DNA of 63,939 nucleotides, counting the filler, from Reticulomyxa filosa (taxonomy: Eukaryota > Protista > Foraminifera): assembly GCA_000512085.1 (NCBI GenBank). It is 18 parts of 18 records of this genome, joined end to end, with 100 filler letters (N's around TTAATTAATTAA, not from the genome) between each part and the next. Parts side by side here need not be neighbours in the genome. Positions count along the whole stretch, not along the records: positions 7,661 to 17,229 come from ASPP01023577.1; positions 17,330 to 19,902 come from ASPP01035421.1; positions 20,003 to 21,099 come from ASPP01025884.1; positions 21,200 to 22,388 come from ASPP01029073.1; positions 22,489 to 23,498 come from ASPP01018226.1; 13 more parts are not named here. One strand, written 5' to 3'. A program made the translations under genes and the position numbers. This document shows, in pieces, positions 11,149 to 23,598 of the stretch (position 1 is its first letter; each line of letters starts with the position of its first letter). The notes under the pieces were generated by a model that ran no database searches, was not told the origin of the DNA, and saw only the letters and a program-made list of their open reading frames with translations.

Positions 11149-13699
11149 CTCTAACACTTTTGTTGATTATTTCACAAGGATATATATACGTTTCCTATTT
11201 TTACTTTCTTTTTGTTGTTATCATTTTCTGAAAGGAAACTTAAAGAGTTTTTTTATTTTTAACTGCTTTCGTACTGCGTTTTTGTCAGAAGAAAAATACA
11301 TATTATTTATATAATGATTTTTTACCAGTTAACAATAATTCCAAATTTTTGAAACTGTTATTAAATAAAACACTGCATCTAAATCAGTACAACAAAATAA
11401 GATTAAATTACTGATCAAGTGGAAACTCTACACAAACAATATTTCTCTTTATTGTTTTCTTTGCTTTTTGTAAATTCGCCAACAATAATGTAATTATGTT
11501 AATATTAATCTTTTGTTTTGTCTAGTGTTCATATTGACATTATTATTTTCTAAACACATCAGAACTACAGTAGTTTGAAAAAAAAACGTACGCTCAAAAA
11601 AAGTTTGCTTTTTTAGTATTTGACTTGTAAATCTTTATCGAAAAGAGCTAAAGTAAAAATAATTTTATATGTGCATAGAACAAATCACATACTATGTTGT
11701 ACTATATTATCTCTTGAATTTATTTGAAAGGTTATACATTCAATTTTTTTAGCTTGCTTTTACATTATGTATTTTTTTTTAACAAAAATTTTTTTATTAA
11801 ATCTATATCAAATTGTAAAGAAAAAATAATCTATTTAACAAACGTTTACACTTGTGTTGAAAAGAAGTTTTTATGTCTGATGCAAGTATATTATGTCAGT
11901 TTTTTCCAGTTCTCTTTGCAGTTTCTCAGTTATCAACCACCTGACCACTCGACTGCGCATTTTATCACTATCTATGCTTTCTGTTGATATTCCCGTTTGT
12001 TTGAAACGCTTTTTTCCAATTTCGAACAGTCATCACGCCAACCTTGAAGTGTTTTACATGTGATACAATTAATACAAATAATTATGACACAACAAAAAAG
12101 CATATCGAAAAATTTACTATACAAAATTTTTTTTTATTAGAAAATTGTCATTTACATTTTTGAGAACAAACAATTTCAAGAAACGATTTAATGCTTCATT
12201 ATTCTGAAAATTTAATTGACTTGATATTCTTTTTCACGAGATAGACCATTCTGAAATATAACAAACAAAACTGTAAAAATTAATGTAATATTAATAAATG
12301 CAAATAACACATTTTGTGCTGTATTTCCATTCGACGATTTATTGTTGAGTGAAAAAACTTTGTTGTTGTCATAACGCTATTACTTACAATGATTTTGGAT
12401 ATAAAGATATCAAGTATAAAATCATTTGTCAGATTGCGATATAAATTATTGCTTACATATCTTAGTTGATTTGTGCAAGCTATTGAAAAAAATTAAGAAT
12501 GGATTGTTTGAAAGTACAAATAACAAATATAACTTTCTCTTTAGTTTCAGCAAAAAGTTTTTCTAACGAAATAGATTGAAAGAAAGTTTGATTCTGTTTT
12601 CAAAGAGGTCGCATGCTTACTCAGAGATAGTTCCATACGATTTGATATAAGCAATTTGCTGTGGCATGACTAAAGCAATAGACAAACTTATTTGTGATTT
12701 GCTAAGTTTTCTTTTTTTTTCTTAACGGAAGCATAATGAAACACATACACGACTATTTTCTCAAAATTGGGAATTTTTTTGACACTAGATATGATATGAA
12801 ACAAATGTACTAATACAAATTGTTTTAGTTCTTAAAATGCAAATTTTTTCATCTAATAAACACTATCTTTGTTTTGTTCAGAATTGCAAACTTAAAAATT
12901 ATTTCACAAAATTGTGAATTAGAAATATAGTTTAAGTCTTGTCAGTTGCAATGTTTTTATTTTTTAAAAAAAAAAGAAAAGTTATAAAAAGCTTGTTTCA
13001 TGTGATGTAATCTATAATAGTTACATTACATAACTGATTTTATGAAAATATTACAAATTGTTGACCAAGTCAATTGCATTCTATTTGTATATTAATCTTT
13101 TTCTTTATTGTACAATACAACAAATATTAAAAATAAATTATATTACATTTTCATTTTAAATAAATGTCACTGCTTTTTTTTTGAAATTTTTACAAAATAC
13201 TTTATTCTTACAATTCGTTTGAGCTTTAAAAATGGATTTTTAGTTTTGTAACAACATTTTTTACATGATAGAATAATAACCGAAGTTCAATCATAAATGC
13301 AATGATCTAGATAAAGATATATTCATTATATGTCTTATATAAAACTAAAAAAATAGTTGATAAGATACAACATATGCCAAGCACAATGTCAACAAATTGA
13401 AGAATAAAAATTAAATGATTGACAGTAGCAAAGCAGCAAATGAGCAAGATTTTGTTCTAATTTATTAGAGTAATGAACTTTTGGAGACACAGTGGCTGAG
13501 AAAATATTGGAATGTTTGTTTTTGGAGTGACATTGTTGTGTTTTGACACAGAATAAATTTTGTTTCAAGACATAGAAAGTAGGTGATATAAATGATAGAA
13601 GCAGAAATTGTCAGATTCAGAAGCAAAGTATACCCCCTCGCAGTTAAATAAAATAAATTACACAAACATACAAAACAAAGCAAAAAAAAACGACTATCT

Positions 13700-16132
13700 T
13701 TAAATAAACTCAGCTTTGCACTCTTTTGCACTTGATATAACAAAACACGCGAAAAAGCCTACTAATAAACCAGAGAACAAAGTGCATATCCAAAGTATCC
13801 AAATGTCTTTCAGTACAACTTTGGTTTTAATTTCTTGAGCAATTTTCGTCTCATCAACAACGAGTTTGGGATCATTGTCATCCTCTTTTTTATCGCACAA
13901 AGTGGCAATATCTTTCAAAGCAGAAGAGATGTGTTGCTGCCTGTCTTGTGTACGTTGTATATCAGTGGTCACACGTTTCAGTAAGTTTTTGATCCATTTG
14001 TTGACATAGACATTCATTTCCTCATTCAATCGCAGCACAAACTTGTGAATTTTGTTATGCAATTTGTCGCTTTTGCACATATAATGTTGTGGACTTCCTA
14101 AAGCGATCACAACACTGAGAATCTACACATTGCGAAATGCAAACAAAAAACAAGCCCTTGTGAGAAGGAGAAAAAAAAAAAAAAACAAACAAGATTAAAG
14201 ATAGACGAAACTACGGGGAAAATTTGTTCAAACATTTCATTAGACATTTGAGACGACTGCGTCAAAATGGACGAGCACACTTGATTAACAATCGAGTTGC
14301 AATCGCAAGTGGGCTTATCAAACTGTATTTTCTTGGCGACAAAGCCCTGTTTTTTGTTAGGTACAATCGGCGATAGTTGCAACAAGGCGCCAACAGCATC
14401 CGACTTATGTTCCTGTGGTTTGGAATGGTTGTCTTCTTTCTCTTCGTCGCTGGGGCCCAGCCATAAGAACGAGCCACTCCCATTCAACTCTAAACTTTTT
14501 TGCAGTCGAGAGCTTCCATCTCCTGTGCCAGCATTCATTGTCGTATTTGCATTTGTATTTATATTTATATTTGTATTTGTATTTGTATTTGTATTTGCAT
14601 TTGCATTTGCATTTGCATTTGCATGCGCGCTCGCATTCGCACTAATGCCAGCAACTTTATAATGGCCATGTCCAAAGTTGGCATGAATGGAGTGCGGTTT
14701 GGACAAAGAGAGAATATCTTTCAATTGCTGTTCCACCATATCTCGGAATCCATGGAAGCAGTCATCAATCGAAGCTTTTTGCAAGTCTTGTTTTTGTTCG
14801 ATCATTTGCAAGTGCTTTTCCAGTCTGAGAAGCGACTCATTTCCGCCTTCTGTGTCTTTGTTCATCGTCATCAGTCCATTGGGTCTGTTCAAACCCTTCA
14901 TTTCATTTGCTTTGTCAAACTCGCTTTCGTCCTGCAGCTTCCACTGCTGCGATTGCTTTTGCCAACCAAAAAATCCATCATTTCTCGTCTTCTCCTTCTT
15001 CTTCTTCTTCTTCTTCTTTTCCTCTTCCTCCTCGTCTCCTCCTTCCTTCCATTTCGCTGACGAGGATAGCAACAGCAACGACGATATCTCCGAAATCTGT
15101 GCTTGATACAGCTTCAATTGTTCCATGCATTGATTCATTTCGTGTTCGCGATCCAGCAAGCGCTGCAAATTGGCTGCAATTTCATTTAATTTGTGAGTTA
15201 TGTTGTGATCATTCATTGTTGTTGTTGTTGTTGTTGCTGTGCTGCTGCTGCTGCTGCTGTTGTTGTCATCATGTTTGGAACACTTTGTCTGCGAAAAGAA
15301 ACAAGGTCTTTATTCAATGGTGTATCTTGCAATAACAATGCTTCTGCAGGCGATGGGTCCGAGAGCGAGTCAAAGTGGTCCGGAGATAACATCAGGTCTC
15401 CTCCGTTTTTCGCTCGCGTTCGTGTTCTCATCGTCTTCGTGGTGGTCGTGTGGTCGGACCACTTTTTTTCTTTGTCGCTTCGTTCGAAAACCCGCGTCTG
15501 CGATTTTTGCAATTCCTTGCAGTGGTCCAGCAAACTCATGTAATCTTTCTGCAATTTCGCATACTCGTTTTCCATCGTCTCGTAATACCGTTTCATCTCA
15601 TTTGTCTCTTTCCAACGTCGTGTCACTTCCGTGTTTTCTTGTTGCAATCGTTCCAACTCTTTCTTTACTTCTTCAAACTTTTTATTTTATTATTATTATT
15701 CGTTTGTTTATTTGTCTGTTCTGGGAACTTTCTCCTCCCTTTTTTTTTTTTTTTTTTTTTTTGCAAAACTTCAGTGTACAGTGTAGTTGCAAACGTCTTC
15801 AATACTTTGACTACATTTGGCACGTACTCCTCTGGAAACATATCCACTACATTGTTGTTCGACAACCAATCATACCATTCCGCATCATTACTTACACTGG
15901 GGGTATTTGGGATCATTGCTTTTTTGTTGTTTGACGCGCCTGTCGTCACATGTGGGGTAAACGCTTGCTCCACTTTGCCAGACTTCATGTTTGGTGTGTT
16001 TTGTTCTGCCCCCATTATTTCCTCTAATGTTTCTGACTTTGGGTTATTGAAACCGAGAGTCCCGTCCAATTTTGGACTAAAGAAATGTTCATATCGATGT
16101 TGAGTTTCACGACGAGGGTTTATTAGACTCAT
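13700..16132 (-). CDS. Coiled-coil protein with C-terminal transmembrane anchor, multi-exon
   Basis: Chain of minus ORFs 15665-16132, 15213-15656, 14107-15216 and 13700-14110. Heptad-like E/K/Q/L segments, poly-A/poly-Q and (AN)n/(TN)n tracts. Ends IWILWICTLFSGLLVGFFACFVISSAKECKAEFI*. Confidence 0.6.
14543..14640. repeat. Coding hexamer microsatellite (ATTTGY/ATTTAT)n encoding ANANAN-TNTNTN-ININ
   Basis: Tandem ATTTGT, ATTTAT and ATTTGC units are directly visible. Confidence 0.9.
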
Positions 16133-17329
16133 TTATTATCTAAAAGTAAACAGAGGAGAGCAGTCTTTGAAATTGCTTTTTATCAAATTATTAAAATCCA
16201 AATTTTTTTTTAACGCTTCGGCAAGTGACTTAGCACGTTTTACAGCGTAGACAGATTAGTTATACAAACAGCTACAACTGAAGTTTAATTATTTTGTGTT
16301 GAAAGATTTTTAAAAAGGACAAAAAGTATTAAAAAAATGTAGATAAGCTTTTGTAATGATCCGCAACACTTGTTATCAAAAAGTATGACTGCTTTGAAAA
16401 CTGAACAAAAAACAATTCAGGGCAATAATTCCAACTCACAATTTCACTGGCAATTGCAGTTTCATTCTACGCGTGTATATAGCAGAATTGCTCAAACATC
16501 AAAAAAGTTACATTTTCTCTTGCCTCAATATTAGTAATTTTTGTTAATAAAAACGCAATGCCTCTGTGAAATTAGTTTTTAACTTTTTTGTAGCGGATAA
16601 AAATGTTACTCCATATTGTTTGTAAATTTTAAAGAAGGATTTATAACCACCGCATGCATTATCGAAATCAAATTCCATTTTTTCATTCCATGATGTTGAC
16701 ATATCAAAAAAGTGGTACAAAATGTTTGCCTTTCATAGAAAATGTGTCCTTTATAAGCTGACACTTGATATTGTAGAGAGATGCAAGAAAGAGAGCTCAG
16801 CTAAACTAAAACATACAAGAAAATTGAAAATAAAAAGAGTGAATGTTTTATGAGTTGAGTTATTACAACTCTGGAGTCAGTTATGACTCATGTATCACTA
16901 CAACATAGTTTGCTTAATGCCATAATTCAATAAACTGTTAAAATGTCGTTTTTGTTGATATTAAGTTAGTTTTTATGCATGCTGCAAGAACTAGTCCAAA
17001 CGAGGAAAACAATATTCACTTTCTTTTGTGTTGTTTTCTTGTCATTGTGCTGACTACTCTTTTATTATTTTAAATACTCTTGTTTTCTTTTGAAAACTTA
17101 TTCAGAAAGCCGCTTTCGTATTACACTTGACGTGTAATAAAAAAGTAATTACTGAAAAGTGTTTTCAAAAAGCAAACAAAAGTATTTAATAATCAAGATA
17201 AACAACGCACTGACAAGAAAGAAGAAAACNNNNNNNNNNNNNNNNNNNNNNNNNNNNNNNNNNNNNNNNNNNNTTAATTAATTAANNNNNNNNNNNNNNN
17301 NNNNNNNNNNNNNNNNNNNNNNNNNNNNN

Positions 17330-18650
17330 TGGAAGATATTTTATGGGGAGTGTGTGGATTGATTGGTGGAATAGATAATTTATTGTTCATTACACATCAT
17401 TCAAAAAACATTGAAGTAATTGATTTGAAAACAATGAAGCCATTGACTGGGATCAAAAATAACATTATTTTAAAAGAAAGACATAAATTTGGAATTGGAT
17501 ATCATTGTTTTGTACCATTAACAATGAAAAATGAAAAATTGATAAATCATTTCATATTGTTTTATCGAAACACAGTATTATTAATCAAATATGATGAACA
17601 AAACAAAATATTTCATTATAAAAAATTAACAATTTGTCCTGCTTTAAATGATCTCGCTGCTTATTCATTTACGATTTTTTTATTTTTATTTAGAAGAACA
17701 AATAGCAAATATGAAAGAACAAAGAATGTATATAACTATTCAATAAATGATAAAACATGGAATGAATTGCAAATTTAAATTATCAATGAAAGTATCTCAA
17801 TGTTTTGCAACTTTGAGTGATTATGATACAAATATTCATATCATTGGTGGATGGAATGCAAAAGATGAAACACAAAAAATGCATATGAGTGTGAATATAG
17901 AGCCAGTATTTGAAGCAAAATTATTGAAAATACCAAAGATATATGAGTTAAAAAAGAAATGAAGAAAAGTCATACATAATTCCATTTGAAAAAGATAGAA
18001 TGATTGAAGATGAAATAGAAATTGCAAAGGAATGGAAAAAGATGAAAACGCAAATTGAAACATTGGAAAAGAAATTAAAAGAATGAGATGAAGAAAAGAG
18101 ATATAATTGAATAGAATGAATTGGAATGATATTTGGAGTTTTGATGATGAATTTCAGCAAACTAAAAAAAAGGGTTTGACTTGGATGAATGAGATTCCAT
18201 CCATAATAGAACATTAATTTCTTATCAATCGTCTATCAAGGTTTGATTTGATATTTATTTTTATATATATGATTATTGTACATTATTATTCTGTTGAAAG
18301 AGATATATTACTTCAAAAACAATAAAAGAAATAAATGATTGCAATCAATCAGATCCAATATTTTAATAACAAAGTAAAAGAATGTAATGAATTGAATAAT
18401 AAATTACAAAAATTGATTGAAGAAAATCAGAATTTGATAGAAAAAGAATGGAATGAAAGGAATTCACAAGAGATTGCAATTTTCTTCGGGTATACGTTGA
18501 AATGTAAAAAATCAAAAATAAGTCAATACAATGAAATCATTAAAGAAAAGAAAATTGATTGAAAATCATTATTGAATGGAATAACATATGATCAGTCATC
18601 AATTATGAATCAATATCAAAATATTCCAAATTATTCTTCTTTGATGATTT
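17330..18650 (+). pseudogene. Kelch-repeat / coiled-coil / U-box-like gene relic
   Basis: Kelch-like blades (GLIGGIDNLLFITH, GYHCFV, VYNYSINDKTWNE, IHIIGGWN) spread over several frames with stops. Coiled-coil remnants follow, then LNGITYDQSSI resembling the U-box G-x-TYD-x-x-x-I motif. Confidence 0.65.
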
Positions 18651-19860
18651 ACAACTTTATCCTGATTATGTTTGCGACAAAATATGAATTAAAAGCGATT
18701 GATCTGATGGTTGTTTATGATAATGGTAAAATATGGAGAAATGTGTTCAGCCATGCACTATTTAGCAATGTGATTTTGAATCTATTTCAAAGCAATATAC
18801 ATTTTTTGCAAAAATTGGAAGATGAAAAGTTGTTGAGTGAAAATACGCGGTTATTTTTTACTTTATTCAACTCGAAGGAATGTATGGCTGTGATTGCTTC
18901 GTGGGATCAATGGAAGCACTTCTTTGAGGACTTTGCATTGAAAGAAAATAAGATTTGGACAAAAGAGAGTAAAGTCCTGAAAACGGTGGAGGCGTGTCTA
19001 AACATAGAGAATGAGTCAAATGAAGGAATTCCAATCTTATTGGATATCCTTTGGATAACATTTTTTTGGAACTGCGGAATCAACGTGGAATATCATCCAC
19101 TGTGGTTGTAACCAGTTTCGTCACACAACCAAACATATGCATTTGTGGAAAATGTTGTTGCAAAAGTCTTTGCGCGGATGACAAACATGAGTCTTCTTCC
19201 TTGCACTTCCACTGCAAGATGATACTAGTTGCTTGTCTTTATCCCGACTTTTACAAACTCACTCACAGGTATTTGGATTTGTTTATCAGCGAGGTGAAAT
19301 CGCAGCAACAAAAGATGGCCCTCGACGGTGACTTTTGGAATATAAAGAGGACATCGGTGGATTGGACGTTATGGAATGAGGTGACATGTGAAGTTGAGAC
19401 CAAACGCGAAGATCTACTTATTTCTGATATGCTATCAACTCAATGTGATGATATTGAAGTGACAATGGAAGAAAAAGATAGAAATGTGCATGATGAACCA
19501 AGTGAAGAAAAATTGGATGTGATAACAGAAATGGATGAACAGAAGAGACCGGAAAAACAGTGAGGACAATGAAAATATTGAATCGGTATATTCCGTTCAC
19601 TGACACCCAAACGAGCTTCACAAAAGGCTTGCGCATTAGAAACAGGCTTGGCCTATTGCTTCGAATGTATTTTATGGACGGCATTCCAATTGTCAATGAC
19701 ACGCTGTCACACTTGTTTCAACTGGCCAAAGAGATGGATACCATCACATTGGCCACGTGTAAGTTTATTTGTACAAATGGCAAATGAAGATAAAGTAGCA
19801 AATCTTGTTCAATTGAGTAAAACAAGAGACGAAATTCAAAGAGCTGTTGGACAAATATAA
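18650..19860 (+). pseudogene. Frameshifted fragment of a large unknown protein
   Basis: Overlapping ORFs 18572-19111, 19051-19563, 19560-19787 and 19648-19860 tile one strand with frame switches. Composition is coding-like. Confidence 0.45.
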
Positions 19861-20002
19861 ACAGTTTGATACAATTGTACATTTATTTAAACGTGTGATA
19901 AANNNNNNNNNNNNNNNNNNNNNNNNNNNNNNNNNNNNNNNNNNNNTTAATTAATTAANNNNNNNNNNNNNNNNNNNNNNNNNNNNNNNNNNNNNNNNNN
20001 NN

Positions 20003-20367
20003 TGCAAATATTGCATCATTACATAGATATGCCTATATGTGTGTGTGTCAATAATGATATCTTATTCTTTGGTGGATGTTGTTATAACCATCACAAGAAT
20101 ATTATTTCAAGTGGAGTATTTAAGTATTCCATTCGAGAAAACGAATGGACAATATGTTACAACACTTTGCCCAGTCCGTTGGGCTCGTGTTTCGCAGTAT
20201 TGAATGAAGACAATACATATGTGCATATTATTGGAGGATGTAATGAAGAAATGGATCCTGTGTCAACACATATGAGAATTCAAGTGAATGAATGGTTAAC
20301 TAAAGGAATATTGAAAAATGCAACTGACTTGTACTTTGAAGAAGAAGAAAAACAAAAAAATGTTTAG
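20003..20367 (+). CDS. Kelch-repeat protein, 3' fragment
   Basis: VCVNNDILFFGG...VFKYSIRENEWTICYNTLPSPLGSCFAVLNEDNTYVHIIGG shows the Kelch GG..Y..W pattern. Paralogous to the 17330 relic. Confidence 0.8.
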
Positions 20368-20669
20368 CACTACTTTTTCTGTTGTAGAGATATTACAAAT
20401 GAAAAAATATACATATACACATATTTTTTTTGTAAAAAAAGTGTCAACTAACAAAAAGCAATAAAATAACAAATTACAAATTTCATGTCATTTTTTATTT
20501 GCGATAGTATACGAAGGAAACAGAAATGTACAATATTAGTAATATATTTTCTTTTGTCTTTTTTTTTTTAATTGTATTGTATTCGTCTACTAAAAAAGTT
20601 CATTGAATTTTATTTTTTCCCCCTTTTAACTTTTTGTATCATAAATCCTCTACCGCGTATTATTGAATT

Positions 20670-21099
20670 ATGGTCGAAGAGATTGAAAAGAAAAAGCAAT
20701 ACACATATCAAAATAATGCAAACCTTGTCATTACTCGTCAATCAGAAGGTTTAGCACCAAGAGAGCCTGGCACAGGCGACACTGGTGAGAGTCGAACCCT
20801 TTCTTCAGTTAATGATCCCTTGCTTATTTACTTTGAACTTTGTTTGTTTTATCCAGGTCGGCAATCAAACAAAAAAAAACAAACATGAAACTCTAGTATC
20901 CACTAACGGTGCTACGTGCGGACATGGGGGCAAGGTCGGGTTTCTCGAAGCCCGTGGATCAAATACAGAAAGGGAAGGCAAGGAAGGATAAGCGGGAAAA
21001 GGAGCGGTTGGAATCAGAGCGTGTAAAAAAGCAGCACAAAAAGCAGAAAGAGTCGGTGTTACAAAGTGACGTGGATACGAGTTATCGGTCAATGACAAA
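20670..21099 (+). CDS. BRR2: U5 snRNP 200-kDa helicase (Brr2/SNRNP200) N-terminus, truncated by contig end
   Basis: Exon 20670-20807, phase-0 GT..AG intron 20808-20896, exon from 20897. QYTYQNNANLVI..TGE..L..MGARSGFSKP..SVL..YRSMT matches the Brr2 N-terminal pattern QYEYKANSNLVL..PTGE..MGDKA.RTKP..YKPKT. Confidence 0.75.
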
Positions 21100-22488
21100 N
21101 NNNNNNNNNNNNNNNNNNNNNNNNNNNNNNNNNNNNNNNNNNNTTAATTAATTAANNNNNNNNNNNNNNNNNNNNNNNNNNNNNNNNNNNNNNNNNNNNT
21201 TGCTGCTGTTGTGAATAGCATATTTTATGAATCTTGGCATTGGAATATTTGATGATAGAACTGTTATTCTTGTTATCATTTTGATATTTGGATGGAGTAT
21301 CATATTACTTTTATTAAATCTACAAGCTTATGCTCTGGTACAATATCCCTTATTTCTTGGATTTTGTGGCAACTTTTGGGCAAGGAATAATATTTGGTTG
21401 ATACGAAGAATGAAAAAGTATCAGAGTTTGTGATGTGTACAAACTATGCATGCGGTTATGATCGGTATTAAATAATGTGTGAAAATGATTGGCTGGAAAA
21501 AAAATATTGTGAGAAATATGGCCACTCAAGTGTGCATCTCGCAACGGCATTGGATGTGTCCAAGCCAATTAAAAAAAAGCAATCATGGAATGTGGATTGC
21601 GTTTTTTTCATGCAGAAATTGAAGATGCAATGAAGGAGTTTGGTTTCGAGTTGTTTTTTTTTTTTTTTACGTATGTCCAAAAAAATTTTCTTTTAATAGG
21701 ATGAAATTATTGGTAGCAAAAGAAAAACATATTCAAAGATAACAAAATCACTATTGTAAACTTTGCACACAACATTCCTTTATGTAAATTATATTCAGAC
21801 CAAAAATCAAAGGAAATGAAAAAATTGTCGAAACACACAATTAAAAATACCAATAACAACAAAAATTACTTGCGCAAATTTTATCACAGATTGACCCAAA
21901 TCTTTCAACATTACATTAAAATCTCTATTGACGCATTATCTTTTAAAAGTTGCAACATTTTCCACTCGCATTAAATTTTTTATATATTAAACTGACTTTT
22001 TTTCTTTTGCGATATTTTTCTGCCCCAGAAGAGACAAAAAGTTACCAGACAGATATGCAATTGACATACATTGATATTGAAAATTTTCGATAAAAAAAAA
22101 AATTTAAATTAAATAAATTTTTAAAAAAAAAATTTGCTATTACAAGCAATAATTAAAACTTGCCCGATATGATCCACCTCTGACCACATCCACCAAAAAT
22201 TCAAACTGATAATATTCGGCGATATTCTCAAATATCTTCATGCTGTCAAACACAACCAAAGCAATAAAAGAAAACTTTTATATATATATGTAAAATGAAG
22301 AAAATTTGAAAAGAAAAGAATCGATCCAACACACCTTTGTAAAAAGTCCTTGGAAGATTATGTGTTCGCATATTCACCCGCGCAAGCANNNNNNNNNNNN
22401 NNNNNNNNNNNNNNNNNNNNNNNNNNNNNNNNTTAATTAATTAANNNNNNNNNNNNNNNNNNNNNNNNNNNNNNNNNNNNNNNNNNNN

Positions 22489-23180
22489 CTTATAGTCGAG
22501 GAGCATTGTCCACGGCGAATGAAATTTGTCGTCGGTGATGAATTGACTTGGCCTTCCAAGTACCCGAATCTCCATCGTCTCGGTTCGGAATAAGCGATAG
22601 GTCCAGTCGTGTTCCTTTGGCATTTCTTTTGCCTCGGGCTGCAGCTGATTCCATCCCTTATCCCACTGTCATCGATGAAAAAGGAAATGTACAACACACA
22701 CACACACACGCACACATAATAGTTCATGCAATCGTATCGCTGCAATGTACAAAAAAAAAAAAGGGGGAAGGGGGAGGGGTTAGTACACAAGGTCCAAAAA
22801 AAAAAAAAAAACATATTGATAAAAAAAAAAAAGAAAAATTGTTGTTGTTATTAAACAGTGCCGATGACTGGTTTAAGGAAAAGAGTTTCGATTTCAGCTT
22901 TCGAGTCAATGGAGAATAGGTCTGTCATTTGGTCGTCGTTGTGGTCCGTGCAGAGGTCTTTGATTTTCGTCGATTCGCTTTTTTGAAAGTCGAAGAGTGA
23001 GGCCAAGGTATTGCTGTCATCCCATTCAAATATCATGTGTGTGTATCCACCATCTTCTTCAAATTGCATTTGCTTCAATCTCTTAGCGTTGTCAAGATAT
23101 CCCGAATCGTCGTCCTCCCATGATCGTTTTCTTTTGAAGGGACGACGCTCATTGCTTGTTCCAGGAACGTTCCATATTCA
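22489..23180 (-). CDS. Hypothetical spliced protein fragment
   Basis: Coding-like minus ORF 22851-23078 and an exon at ~22489-22675, separated by a poly-T/(TG)n intron. No family recognised. Confidence 0.3.
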
Positions 23181-23452
23181 TTTTTTTTTATGTTTGAGAA
23201 GAAGAAGAAGGAAAAGTGTTATTGTTATTTCCCTTCGTCGTCAAATCCTTAAAAAAGATTGAAAGAATTATGAATGAGAGAAAATACACAACAACAATAA
23301 CAAAAAAAAAAAGGGGCTGTTTCTCAACTCTGCATGGTGTTCATTGCTAATCGTACCCTCGCCTGGAGTCTCGCTAAGGCCTTCAGTAAGTAATTGATAT
23401 AGATTTAAATAGTGCTTTGGTCTTTGAATGACAACATTGTTTATTGTTTTAG

Positions 23453-23495
<43 letters not shown>

Positions 23496-23598
23496 AAANN
23501 NNNNNNNNNNNNNNNNNNNNNNNNNNNNNNNNNNNNNNNNNNTTAATTAATTAANNNNNNNNNNNNNNNNNNNNNNNNNNNNNNNNNNNNNNNNNNNN

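Noticed and set aside
11200-13460. Long ORF-poor stretch (also 16140-17229, 48030-48971, 54906-57150)
   Set aside because: Very AT-rich, with no repeat structure, termini or protein motif that I could support by eye.
16848-16893. Adjacent short hairpins GAGTTG..CAACTC and GAGTCA..TGACTC as a structured RNA
   Set aside because: Only 6-bp stems in AT-rich DNA, no tRNA or snRNA motifs, and no second copy seen.
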